Assembly (NCBI GenBank): GCA_937127445.1 | Contig: CAKZLY010000030.1 | Coordinates: 74,023 to 138,022, forward strand | DNA length: 64,000 bases | Source of the DNA: an uncultured Ignavibacteria bacterium | GTDB lineage: Bacteria; Bacteroidota; Ignavibacteria; Kapaibacteriales; UBA2268 | Reading direction: 5' to 3' | The notes under the pieces: model-generated | The model's input: only the letters and a program-made list of their open reading frames with translations | What the model was told of the DNA's origin: nothing | The model's database searches: none | Translations under genes and position numbers: made by a program | Shown: positions 9,397-19,660 of the stretch, piece after piece | How positions within the stretch are numbered: the stretch's first letter is position 1 | How the letters are laid out: every line of letters begins with the position of its first letter

Positions 9397-11520
9397 ATGG
9401 AAATATTTCAACACGCTTTTCCGGTAAAAAATCCGATAGCAGAGTTCGCCATACTTATGCTAATTGTGTTGATATTTCCAATTCTATTCAAGAAGCTAAA
9501 AATTCCGAGCATAATAGGGTTAATTATAGCAGGGACAATAATTGGACCGCATAGCTTAAATATACTGGACAGGGACGAAAGTATAATAATGCTGGGTTCA
9601 ATTGGGTTGCTTTACATTATGTTTTTAGCGGGGCTTGAACTTGATTTAAAGCAAGTCAAAACAAACAAAAGATATAGCATACTCTTTGGGATAGCAACGT
9701 TTGTTATTCCTCTATTGCTTGGCTATTTGCTATCTTATTTTGTGCTTGGATATAGTGAAATAGCGTCACTGATAATTGCTTTGATGTTCTCGACGCATAC
9801 ATTGGTTGCATATCCGATAGCATTGCGTCTTGGGCTTACCCAAACACGTAGCACAACAACAGTTGTTGGCGGGACAATAATTACCGACACGGCTGTGCTT
9901 ATGGTATTTGGCTTGATAATGAATTATTATAATGGTTCATTAACATTTTGGTTCTGGGTAAAATTCATTGTTTTATTGGCATTTGTATCACTTTTTATCT
10001 TATTTGTAATTCCCAAGATAGCACTTTGGTTTTTTAAGAACATAGAGGAAGAGAATTACTCGCAGTTTATATTTGTTATAGCGATGTTTTTAATGTCAAG
10101 TGTATTAATGGAAGCAGCGGGGATTGAAGCAATAGTTGGAGCGTTTTTGGCAGGCTTAGCATTTAGTAAGCTCATACCGCATAATTCAGCTTTGATGCAG
10201 AAAATACATCTGGTTGGCAGCGGCTTGTTCATACCATTATTTTTAATTAATGTAGGAATGATAGTTGATATAAAGGTATTGGCAACAGGTTATTTTGCAT
10301 TGTTTGTTGCCACAACATTAACTATGATGGCATTGTTAAGTAAGTATTTAGCAGCGCATTCAACTCGGCTATTATTCAAATTCAGTAAAAATGAGTCAGA
10401 TTTCATCTTTGGATTAAGTGCTTCGCATGCCGCGGCAACAATTGCTGTAATAATGATTGCATACAAAGCAGGAATTTTAGACGAGAATGTGTTGAATGGG
10501 ACAATATTATTGATATTAGTAACTTGCCTTTTTGCATCATTTGTTACTGAACGTGCTGGTAGAAAACTCGCTATAGAAGAACAAAAGAAGAGAGATGTGA
10601 TCAAAACTGAACTGATGAGAATATTAGTTCCTTGCTCTAATCCAAATAGTATTGATAAATTGCTTGATTTAGCAATAGCGTGCCGTGGCGAAAATGAGGA
10701 TGAGCAGCCAATTTTCCCATTATCTGTAATTATCGAGGACGATACAACGGAGAAAAGAATAGTACAAAGCACAAAAGCAATACAAACATTCGTCAAATTG
10801 GTTTATCCTGGCAAAAAATCTATAATGCCAACAACAAGGTTAGATACGAACGTATCAAATGGCATTATTCGAGCTATGAAAGAAATGATGATAAACTTAA
10901 CAATACTTGGATGGACGGGAAAATCGAAGGCGTCGGAATTTTTCTTTGGTAGGAAAACGGATAATGTAATTGAAGCGACAAATCAAACGATAATGGTTGC
11001 GAAATTGCATCAATTAATCAATTTAACAAATAAAATATATGTATTGGTAAGTGAAAATGCACAATATGAAATAGGTTTCAAAAAGTGGTTGGAGGTCCTA
11101 AATAACATTAGCAAATATGCGGCAGCACAGATAAATTTCATATCTTTGCCATCAACCAAGTCAAGTATTATAAAGCAATGCAAAGCAAGCGGAATTCTTA
11201 GCGATGCAATATTTGAAGTTGTAAATTCAATAGAAGAATTCACAAGTTATTCGAATAAATTTACAGAAAACGATATAGTTATATTTGTCAAGGCACGTTC
11301 AAAGAGCATATCCTTTTCTTTAGATTTTATTCGAATAATAGATGAAATTACAGAAGTAGTGCCCCAAAGCAATTATATTATGCTTTACCCTGAAACTAAT
11401 CCAATAGTTGAAATTGAAGAAATACCAAACATTGATGTATTAGATTCTTCATTTATTGAAGAAAACATTACATTAATACAAAAATTGAAAACAAAAATTT
11501 TTAGAAATAAATCAAATTAA
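9397..11520 (+). CDS. Cation:proton antiporter (CPA2) with C-terminal USP-like domains
   Basis: GLLYIMFLAGLELD, GGTIITDT, IVGAFLAGL, FIPLFLINVG, then a soluble RILVP...LGW domain. Confidence 0.9.
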   Translation: MEIFQHAFPVKNPIAEFAILMLIVLIFPILFKKLKIPSIIGLIIAGTIIGPHSLNILDRDESIIMLGSIGLLYIMFLAGLELDLKQVKTNKRYSILFGIATFVIPLLLGYLLSYFVLGYSEIASLIIALMFSTHTLVAYPIALRLGLTQTRSTTTVVGGTIITDTAVLMVFGLIMNYYNGSLTFWFWVKFIVLLAFVSLFILFVIPKIALWFFKNIEEENYSQFIFVIAMFLMSSVLMEAAGIEAIVGAFLAGLAFSKLIPHNSALMQKIHLVGSGLFIPLFLINVGMIVDIKVLATGYFALFVATTLTMMALLSKYLAAHSTRLLFKFSKNESDFIFGLSASHAAATIAVIMIAYKAGILDENVLNGTILLILVTCLFASFVTERAGRKLAIEEQKKRDVIKTELMRILVPCSNPNSIDKLLDLAIACRGENEDEQPIFPLSVIIEDDTTEKRIVQSTKAIQTFVKLVYPGKKSIMPTTRLDTNVSNGIIRAMKEMMINLTILGWTGKSKASEFFFGRKTDNVIEATNQTIMVAKLHQLINLTNKIYVLVSENAQYEIGFKKWLEVLNNISKYAAAQINFISLPSTKSSIIKQCKASGILSDAIFEVVNSIEEFTSYSNKFTENDIVIFVKARSKSISFSLDFIRIIDEITEVVPQSNYIMLYPETNPIVEIEEIPNIDVLDSSFIEENITLIQKLKTKIFRNKSN

Positions 11521-11529
11521 TATAAAAGT

Positions 11530-14500
11530 TTATCTCATATATTTGTCTTTGTTTAATATTCTAACAAGAAGTCCCCAACGTTTATCTACTTTAAATCCAT
11601 ATTTTGAGAAGAAAGCTTCGACATAGAAAGTAGTTTTAATAATATCAATTCCTTGACTATACATTCGATTGATAAAATCTTCCATCATAGCTCGACCAAG
11701 CCCACGCCCGCGATATTGCGTAGCCAGCACTATGCCATCGAGTGTGCAAGAATTATCTTCTTTAATTTGATAGATAATACCGCCGATAATTCTATCGTTG
11801 CTATCGAAAAGCACAAGGAATTGGTCTTGCTCAGAAATAACTTTAGTCAATTTTTCCTTATAGAACAAACGGTATAGAATACCAATTTCAGCAGGCTCGA
11901 TAGGCTGACGAAAGATATAGACATCACCATAATTATCCTTGAAGGAAGTTTTAACAATTAGTGATAAATCCCTCTTTTCTTCAAATTTTGCAATGTCGTA
12001 TTGTAAGGATTTAGTGTAGCCCGGGAATACCATTTTTGAGAAAATCTCTCTATCAATAGGGTCTTCGAGAGTGCTTTGTAATTCGGACAATTCGATAAGT
12101 TGAGTAGCGGGTACATTTTTCTCTTTGTTCATTTGAGCAAGGAGTTTGTCGAAAGCATTACGAACGTAAAAGCCTTTGTAGGCGAAATAAGTATGCCGAT
12201 AAAGTTGATAGCGAGCAATTTCGGGGTATCTATCGAGACGGTATAAGTGGTAGAGTTCAATAATAGATTGTTCTTTTGCTTCGGGAATAGCATTAGGATT
12301 GGAATTTTGCCATTCGTAATATTTATCGATAGCGTAGATAAGCGGTAGCGGCATATAATAATTGTCTTTTATGAAAGCAATATATTTATTAATCTCTTGC
12401 CTTAAAGATTTACCAAGGAAGAAAATATCGTTTTGACAAAGTTCATCATATAGATTATTAAGAACAGTTACGGCTTCATCTTCGCCCAGAGCTTCCATAA
12501 TTGCATTGAAAATCCAGTTAATATCTAAAAATTCTCTAATCCAAGAATAATGATGAATTGCTTTAAAATAGAAATTATCAAGCATAGGTTTGACTAAAGA
12601 GATATAGTTATCGAAATACTTCCAACCCGCAAGAGAAAGGATAGTAGCACCATCGCGAAAATCAATTTCGGGGACAACAACATTAGATGGATTGACATTT
12701 CCAGGAATAATTTTTTGTCCGCTATATCGCCAGGCACGAACAAATGCAGAAAGCCCTTCTGTATATAGACGTTTGAGAATATTAAGTTTAGGGAAGGGCT
12801 GACCGTACGTTTTAAGGGTAGAAATCTGACGCAATTTTTCCCAGACAGTTAAATCCCCTAAAAATTCCATACTGCGAGCTTGAAGTTCGGGGCGAGCACA
12901 ACCAAGCGACGGCAGGACGCTTGGACCATCAGGATAGCCCGAAACTGCAACAAGCCAGAGTATTGTTTCGAGATTTCGTTCGTCGGAGATATTGTCGTTA
13001 ATGATAGTCTGAATATCGTAATGCTTACCTTGTTTTGTATTTACGCTTACTCGATAAATCTGATTTTGAGTGATACTGCTGATTTTCGAGACCCAGATAC
13101 CGTCATCGCTAATTTCTGAAATATCAAAATCGTTTTCTTCAAATGCAAGAGTAATTGATTGTTTCAAAAATGTGGTATCCAAAAGAACATGTTTAATATT
13201 CTCTACTTCTTGTTCGGAAAGGCTATCTTCGAAAATAATCTTATTTTCCCAATCAATTGGGAATTTAGAGAATTTTTGTTCTTCCAGACTATTTTCGTAT
13301 TCGCAGGATAATATCCAGAAATATTTTGCTGCAATGGAAGACAGTTGTGGGTCGACTTTGTGAAGAACCCAGTTGGCTAATTCAAAGCGAACAGTTGCGT
13401 AATATTCAGGGTTGTATTTGACAAAGTCAACTAATAATTTAAAGATACTTTCGAATTGCTTATGAAGTGTTTCAGATTGTGGCCAGGAAAGATTTTCGCG
13501 ATAGAAAAGCAATCTTTTTCGAAGTGCATTTAGCCGTCGGCGTTCAAACTTGCTTGAAGCAATAATTTCAATAGATTTGTTGTTGAGAAAAGTAAGACCA
13601 GATTCGAGGAAAGCAGGAAATATTTTTTCTGTTTCGGCAATTTCGTCGTTCTGCAGTATTGTTCGATAGGCCAGACAGCGTATTTCTTCGTTCGGATGAT
13701 AAGCAAGAGCCTGAATACGAAAACGAACAATCTCTAATGACAATTCGTCGAAGCTATTAAATAATTTAGATAATTTTGTTAGTTCTTCTAAAGCTTTTAC
13801 ATCTTCGGAATAGAAAATTGTGCAAATCAACCTATTCATTTCAATAAGTTGATTATTTCTTATCCCCCGAATATTTGCAAAAAGGTCTTCGGAGTATGCA
13901 TTCCGATTATTGAAATCGCATAAAATTTTTGTGCTGATTGATTTATTACGGTGGTCAAAATTTGCTTTAACAGGAGCAAAGACAAACAAATTAGGATTGC
14001 CGACCCAGTATTTCGGTTGAAGAGCAAGAGAACCCAAGTCAATAGTATTGCCTTCGATTTCATAGATTAAGTCGCCAATTTGAATTTTATTGTCGGAAAT
14101 AGGCTCAATAAATAGATAAAGAGAAGTTTCCTTGTTGATTAATCCGTTGTTATAAACGACAATATCTTCCTCTAAAATAGAAAGGTCGCGGTAGAACCAT
14201 TTTGGGATAATGATTTTTAGATTATCGAAATGCAATTCATTTACGTCTTTTGAATAAAGTTTCTCAATTATGTCAGAAAAGTTTTTCTCAATAGATTTTC
14301 TATTGAAAGAGCCTTTTGGTGTAAGTTCACCAAAATCAATTGAAAAATCTCTTTGCAAAATTTCAAAATTGACAACTCTTTCGTAAGTAGCTAAATTACG
14401 GTTAGCTTCGGAGATAATTTTTTGGAAATAATTACGTGAGTCATTCTTAATGTTCTCATCTTTAAATAAAGCATCACCATAGTCTGGAACAATAAGAAGA

Positions 14501-16155
14501 GTATTATATGCTTTGCCATCACCAACAAGAAAAGTGCGTTTGATACCGGGGACACCATCGAACTTGTTTTCAACGTTTTTGGGAGAAATAGTTTGCCCTT
14601 TATTGTTTTTGTAAATGTCCTTCACTCTATCGACAATTGAATAATAGCCATTGCTATCAACTGAAAAAACATCTCCTGTTGGCAACCAATAGTCGTCGTC
14701 CAAATTGGTTGGAAATGGGATAACTGAACCAATTGGGTGAGTATCGAGATAGCGAGCAACATAATGCCCGCTAATAAGCATTTCATTATTTTCAGCGAAT
14801 TTAGTATAAATGCCTGGGAGTGGCTTTCCAACTGTACCTTTTACATATCGTCCGGGTGGTGTCATAGTAATACCGCCAGTTGCTTCAGTCATCCCAAATC
14901 CACTACATAACTCGATATCGTGTTTTTGAAAGAAAGTAAATATTTTGGGGTCTAAATATCCTGCAGCGGAAAGTCCCCAATGAAGATTTTTTCCCACAAT
15001 TGAAATGATTTTTTCTCTAATTTCTTTTCTGGAAGTTAAATTTTCGGTTTCTTCCGTAATTTTATCGTAGATTTGCATCCAGCGGATTGGGACACTAATA
15101 AATCCAGTAGGGTTCACTTTGGAAAACAAAGAAAGCAAATTATCTGCCGAAGTATTACCGACAAAGACGTAAGTGCCGCCCCAATAAATCATACCAGTCA
15201 TTTCTAAGTATCTACCGAAGGTATGAAATAGAGGCAAATAGCACAGTAAAACTTCGTTGTGCCCAACTGCGGGCAATGCTGCAGCACGACAGAATCTTTT
15301 ACTGACAATGTTATAATTAGAAAATGAAACTCCTTTGGGGCGTCCTGTACTGCCAGAAGTAAACATTACAGTAATAACTTGATCGATAGAGTAGCGCTTT
15401 CGTTTATTGAGAATGAGATCAATTTCTTTATTGCTAATAGTTTTGATATAACGAGGGAGGTAGATATGGTTAGTAAGTTCTTTAATACTTTCATTTATAT
15501 GCAAAACAATCGGTTTTATCAATAAATTTTTAGAAATTTCTTCAATTTGGCGAATTCTATCGAGAGTATCGGTAACAACAACATTGAAATTCATCATTTT
15601 GGAAATAGAGGTTAGTTCGTCGTTTGTAAAATGGACGTTCAGAGGAGAGACAGGAATGTCCCAAGCGAGAGCCGCAATATCGACCATAGCACTTTCGGGG
15701 GAATTTTCGCAGAAAATGGCTAATCGAGGTGAGCCCTGAACACTTTTGAAAATAGCAGTGGCAATTTCTTTTGATTGTTGCCAGACTTGTTCGTAGCTAA
15801 AACGTTTTGGGGTAAATTTCCCCATATCGATAAAAAGAGCTTTTTGAGAAAGTTCTTCTGCTCGATAATGCAATAGGTCATTGAAAGAGAAATCACTTGC
15901 TTGGATAATTTTACAAGCGCATTCAGCCCAGTTATATCGTTGTTCTTCGTTTTCGAGAAGAGATATATAATTATGTTTTCCAGTAAATAGTAGCCACTTA
16001 TGAAGGAATTGCTTATCGGCGAAGGAGATTTCATTACTTTTGACTAATAGTTCGCTTAATTCAAGCAATTTTACAGCATTTTCTGAATTCAGCTTAATGA
16101 TATTTTGCTCAAATTGATTTAAAAATGAATGAATTTCGTCCAAAACGTTTTTCAT
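11530..16155 (-). CDS. Multidomain protein: AMP-forming long-chain acyl-CoA ligase domain, helical region, degenerate kinase-like domain, C-terminal GNAT acyltransferase
   Basis: FTSGSTGRPKG, YLPLFH, GFGMTE, WLPTGD, IVDRVKDIYK; middle MEFLGDLTVWE...IIPGNVNPSNVVV...TILSLAG; C-terminal VLATQYRGRGLG and FFSKYGF. Confidence 0.85.
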   Translation of the reverse strand: MKNVLDEIHSFLNQFEQNIIKLNSENAVKLLELSELLVKSNEISFADKQFLHKWLLFTGKHNYISLLENEEQRYNWAECACKIIQASDFSFNDLLHYRAEELSQKALFIDMGKFTPKRFSYEQVWQQSKEIATAIFKSVQGSPRLAIFCENSPESAMVDIAALAWDIPVSPLNVHFTNDELTSISKMMNFNVVVTDTLDRIRQIEEISKNLLIKPIVLHINESIKELTNHIYLPRYIKTISNKEIDLILNKRKRYSIDQVITVMFTSGSTGRPKGVSFSNYNIVSKRFCRAAALPAVGHNEVLLCYLPLFHTFGRYLEMTGMIYWGGTYVFVGNTSADNLLSLFSKVNPTGFISVPIRWMQIYDKITEETENLTSRKEIREKIISIVGKNLHWGLSAAGYLDPKIFTFFQKHDIELCSGFGMTEATGGITMTPPGRYVKGTVGKPLPGIYTKFAENNEMLISGHYVARYLDTHPIGSVIPFPTNLDDDYWLPTGDVFSVDSNGYYSIVDRVKDIYKNNKGQTISPKNVENKFDGVPGIKRTFLVGDGKAYNTLLIVPDYGDALFKDENIKNDSRNYFQKIISEANRNLATYERVVNFEILQRDFSIDFGELTPKGSFNRKSIEKNFSDIIEKLYSKDVNELHFDNLKIIIPKWFYRDLSILEEDIVVYNNGLINKETSLYLFIEPISDNKIQIGDLIYEIEGNTIDLGSLALQPKYWVGNPNLFVFAPVKANFDHRNKSISTKILCDFNNRNAYSEDLFANIRGIRNNQLIEMNRLICTIFYSEDVKALEELTKLSKLFNSFDELSLEIVRFRIQALAYHPNEEIRCLAYRTILQNDEIAETEKIFPAFLESGLTFLNNKSIEIIASSKFERRRLNALRKRLLFYRENLSWPQSETLHKQFESIFKLLVDFVKYNPEYYATVRFELANWVLHKVDPQLSSIAAKYFWILSCEYENSLEEQKFSKFPIDWENKIIFEDSLSEQEVENIKHVLLDTTFLKQSITLAFEENDFDISEISDDGIWVSKISSITQNQIYRVSVNTKQGKHYDIQTIINDNISDERNLETILWLVAVSGYPDGPSVLPSLGCARPELQARSMEFLGDLTVWEKLRQISTLKTYGQPFPKLNILKRLYTEGLSAFVRAWRYSGQKIIPGNVNPSNVVVPEIDFRDGATILSLAGWKYFDNYISLVKPMLDNFYFKAIHHYSWIREFLDINWIFNAIMEALGEDEAVTVLNNLYDELCQNDIFFLGKSLRQEINKYIAFIKDNYYMPLPLIYAIDKYYEWQNSNPNAIPEAKEQSIIELYHLYRLDRYPEIARYQLYRHTYFAYKGFYVRNAFDKLLAQMNKEKNVPATQLIELSELQSTLEDPIDREIFSKMVFPGYTKSLQYDIAKFEEKRDLSLIVKTSFKDNYGDVYIFRQPIEPAEIGILYRLFYKEKLTKVISEQDQFLVLFDSNDRIIGGIIYQIKEDNSCTLDGIVLATQYRGRGLGRAMMEDFINRMYSQGIDIIKTTFYVEAFFSKYGFKVDKRWGLLVRILNKDKYMR

Positions 16156-16232
16156 AGGGACCTCGCAAAAAAGGATTTATATAATATTAAAATAGTTAGA
16201 ATTGAAGAAATAAAAAAGAATAAAGTTAATAG

Positions 16233-16260
16233 AAAAAGAGCAGCCAATAATTGGCTGCCC
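16233..16260 (-). terminator. Intrinsic terminator of the T9SS-substrate gene
   Basis: Minus strand reads GGGCAGCCAA-TTA-TTGGCTGCTC followed by TTTTT. Confidence 0.75.
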
Positions 16261-16286
16261 CGTAGGTATTATATCAGAAATCAATT

Positions 16287-19200
16287 TTATTGCTTGATAA
16301 TTCTTTCCATAACAGTTGATTTAGGAGTAGTAATTTTAATAAAATAAGTGCCAGCAGGTTGAGAGCTTATATCAATTGTTTGCAGGATACCATTGTTAGA
16401 TGAATTGGAGTTAATTCTCATAATTTCTTGACCAGCAAGATTTGAAATAGTAATTATCGCAGAAACATCATTATTCAAATTTGCTTTGAGAGTAAAAATA
16501 CCCCGAGAAGGATTAGGAGACAGAATAATTTGAGGTTCAGATGCCCATTCGTTTTCGACACTTGTAATCAGGTTATATTCGTCGCTCATTGTGTAGCAAT
16601 CGCCGCTTTCAGCAACTTCAACAGCATATTTACCAGGAACTAAAGGACGGTATTTACGTTCGGTTGCACCTTCAATGAGTTTACCGTTTAGATACCAGCG
16701 ATATTTATTAGCAGGCGAAGCAACTAAAAATTCGTATTCCTCAGTAATGGTAGGTTTAGGTGGAATTGGATGGAAAGAGACTTCGATAAATTCGGATACA
16801 ACTTTGCAACCATCACCAGTTTCAGCAGTGCAATAATAAGTACCAGCTTCGCTTACCGTAATTTTTCGTCCTTCAACACCATTATTCCATCTATAATTAC
16901 TAAATCCAATACGAGCTGTAAATGTAACACTATCACCAATACACAAAGCAGGTGATTTCGATTTATTTATAGTCAGTTCAGGAGTTGGGAAAACTGTCAC
17001 TGAAATAATATCTGATTTAGCATTACATTCACCACCATAAGAATGGACGAATGAGTAGTTCCCATCAGTTTTTACAACGATTGATTTAGTAGTTTCGCCA
17101 GTATTCCAAACAACGAAACCATCCTGCACATCTGCAACCAGAATTACGCTGTCACCCTGACAAAATGAAGTATTGCCAAGAACAGTGATATTTGGCTTCG
17201 GTAAGTTGCAATCCAAAAGCTGAGTTTTCCAGAGACCACGTCCCCAGGTGCCTGCATAAATTTCTTTAGTAGAATTATTAATTTTCAAATCATTAATAAT
17301 AACGTTTGGAAGATTGGCACCGAAGAGTTCCCAAACATTTGAGCCATAATCAGAATAGAAAACACCTACATCAGTGCCAACGTAAATTCGGTCGGGTGAA
17401 TTTGGTTGATAAGCGATGCAATTTGCAGGAACATTTGGCAAATTACCCGATAAATTAGTATGCTTGTTACCATCAAAAACCCAAACTTTATTACCGCGTT
17501 GGAAGCCGGATTTAGTATAATAAACTACATTTGGGTTGAGAGGGCTAACTTCCATATCGGAGATTGCTAAATCGGAAGTAAAGTATTGAGACCAGGAAAT
17601 ACCATTATCAGTTGTTCGCCAGACAGTAGTATAAGTAGCAGCATAAACATAATTTGAATTAGTCGGGGCTACTGCAATAGTTTGCAAAGTCGTATTTGTT
17701 CCAAAATTAGAAATTTTGACAAATGAACCAGCAGAACCATAAGCAAGGGAACGCCAAACATTGTAATAACCAACGTAGACTACATTAGGCTTCTGTGGGT
17801 CGAGAGCCAGTGGAGCAGTCCAAGCTCCAGATTCACCATTAGTTTGATATTGATTTATCATATTAGTAAATGATGCACCACCATCAGTGGAACGGCGAAA
17901 ATCACCATTATAAAGAGAACCATAAATACGACGTGGATCAGTTGGATCGATGGCACAATCCATTCCATCACCAGCGAGTACGTGTATCCAATTATTTTCT
18001 TTGAAAAGGCTTGAACCATTATCTTGAGAACCACCAATAAATAAACTGGGGTCGGCTTCACAAATACCAATACGGTAGAATTGGGTAATGGACATACCGT
18101 CGCTAATGAAATTCCATGAATTACCACCATTGGTAGTATAATCGATTCCACCATCGTGTCCAGCGTATAACCTACCATCAGGAGCAAAAATAAGATCATG
18201 AATATCAGCGTGAACTTGCGGGGCACCATCTCCATACCAATGAGCAACAATTTGCCAGGTTGCCCCCATACTTTGAGATTTCCAGATATTAACGCCACCG
18301 ACATAGATTATACTTGGATTTGTCGGAGAAATAGCAAGAGCTAAATCGTATTGTCCTTGTCCTTTATTCATATCTTTCCCATTGCTATTCCAGCCAAGAA
18401 GATTTAATCCATCGCCTTTTTGATAGAGGGTCGTCCAATTTTCGCCGGTATCTTCGGATGCAATAAGTGAGAGGAATTGCATTGTATTTCTTTCGGCACT
18501 CAGAGCATAAACCATATTCGGGTCGGCAGGAGTAACTTCAATAGCAGTGCGAATAGCATTTGGGATATTCCAGACTTTGCGCCAGGTTTCGCCCATATCG
18601 GTGGATTTATAAATATCAGTTCCCAAAGATGAATAAGTAAAAGTAGAAGCATAAAGTACGTTAGGATTGTCGGGTTTTTGCTCTAAATCAATGAAAAATC
18701 CACTTTGCTTGTTGAACCAGGTTCTGCCACCATCGGTAGTTTTTAAGATTCCGGAATTACTTGTTGCAATAACTACATTTTCATTAGTTGGAGAAACGAA
18801 CATCTTGCCAAAAAGTTTGCGTTCTTCGAGTGCGTAAGCGGCATTGGTAAATTCCCAGGTCTGTCCATCATTAGTAGATTTAATAATACCGACACCATAA
18901 TAGTTTTGAGCAGCAGAGGAACCATCCATATCACCGGTAGCAACATAGATGACGTTCGGATTACTGCGAGCAATTTGGATGTCAGAAACACCCAAAGACA
19001 TCACCTCGGTTTTTGGGTAATTAAACCAAGTCTTGCCTTTATCGGTTGAGCGCCAAACTCCACCAGTTGCAGAACCTGCCCAAATATCGTTTGGGCGAGA
19101 AGAATGGAATCTCACAACGTTAACTCTTCCCAAACCTTGGTCTCTAACGCTGGAATTCAAGCTACCAGGACGGGTAACTGGACCGATAAGCTGCCAGGTG

Positions 19201-19526
19201 CGGCTTTGGGTGGAATTAAGTTTCTTGAAACCTTCTTGATAACGTTGCCATTCTTTGAAAAGTTCAATTGCCTGGGGAAATTCACCTGTTGGGTAAACAC
19301 GAGGAGCCCAAAAATTCTCCCAGCGTTTGAATTGTTTCCATCCTTTGCGTTGGTCCTCGGGCATATTATTGTAGAAGTTGTTTTTAGCACTCTGAATTTT
19401 ATAAAAATTCTCTTGCTTAGTGGGATTTTCGTATAAGCTATTGTAGATTTGGGCAGAGGAAATGTATGGCGCTAAAAGAACAAAAAGCGCTGAAATAAAG
19501 ACGAGTTTTGAAATTGAATTTTTCAT
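16287..19526 (-). CDS. Secreted BNR/Asp-box beta-propeller (VPS10/GH74-like) protein with Ig-like domains and T9SS C-terminal sorting domain
   Basis: Repeated S/T-x-D-G-G-x-T/S-W Asp boxes; ATGD and HADIH motifs; C-terminal SPNPS...ISNLAGQEI...IDISSQPAGTYFIKI...IIK sorting signal. Confidence 0.85.
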   Translation of the reverse strand: MKNSISKLVFISALFVLLAPYISSAQIYNSLYENPTKQENFYKIQSAKNNFYNNMPEDQRKGWKQFKRWENFWAPRVYPTGEFPQAIELFKEWQRYQEGFKKLNSTQSRTWQLIGPVTRPGSLNSSVRDQGLGRVNVVRFHSSRPNDIWAGSATGGVWRSTDKGKTWFNYPKTEVMSLGVSDIQIARSNPNVIYVATGDMDGSSAAQNYYGVGIIKSTNDGQTWEFTNAAYALEERKLFGKMFVSPTNENVVIATSNSGILKTTDGGRTWFNKQSGFFIDLEQKPDNPNVLYASTFTYSSLGTDIYKSTDMGETWRKVWNIPNAIRTAIEVTPADPNMVYALSAERNTMQFLSLIASEDTGENWTTLYQKGDGLNLLGWNSNGKDMNKGQGQYDLALAISPTNPSIIYVGGVNIWKSQSMGATWQIVAHWYGDGAPQVHADIHDLIFAPDGRLYAGHDGGIDYTTNGGNSWNFISDGMSITQFYRIGICEADPSLFIGGSQDNGSSLFKENNWIHVLAGDGMDCAIDPTDPRRIYGSLYNGDFRRSTDGGASFTNMINQYQTNGESGAWTAPLALDPQKPNVVYVGYYNVWRSLAYGSAGSFVKISNFGTNTTLQTIAVAPTNSNYVYAATYTTVWRTTDNGISWSQYFTSDLAISDMEVSPLNPNVVYYTKSGFQRGNKVWVFDGNKHTNLSGNLPNVPANCIAYQPNSPDRIYVGTDVGVFYSDYGSNVWELFGANLPNVIINDLKINNSTKEIYAGTWGRGLWKTQLLDCNLPKPNITVLGNTSFCQGDSVILVADVQDGFVVWNTGETTKSIVVKTDGNYSFVHSYGGECNAKSDIISVTVFPTPELTINKSKSPALCIGDSVTFTARIGFSNYRWNNGVEGRKITVSEAGTYYCTAETGDGCKVVSEFIEVSFHPIPPKPTITEEYEFLVASPANKYRWYLNGKLIEGATERKYRPLVPGKYAVEVAESGDCYTMSDEYNLITSVENEWASEPQIILSPNPSRGIFTLKANLNNDVSAIITISNLAGQEIMRINSNSSNNGILQTIDISSQPAGTYFIKITTPKSTVMERIIKQ

Positions 19527-19572
19527 TTTGGACCACTCTATATTATGAATAATTAATACCATAATTAGTTTA

Positions 19573-19580
19573 CAAAATTA
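19573..19580 (-). promoter_or_regulatory. Bacteroidota-type -7 promoter element (TAATTTTG)
   Basis: Matches TAnnTTTG about 47 nt upstream of ATG 19526. Confidence 0.5.
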
Positions 19581-19660
19581 ACAAAAAATTAGTAATTTAT
19601 GTCATTATAAATGAGACAATTAATATCATAAATTAGTTACAAATATAGAAATTATTATCT

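Noticed and set aside
17200..19100. Periodic repeats in the T9SS protein as a possible CRISPR or DNA repeat array
   Set aside because: These are protein-level Asp-box repeats with divergent DNA; there are no identical direct repeats with spacers.
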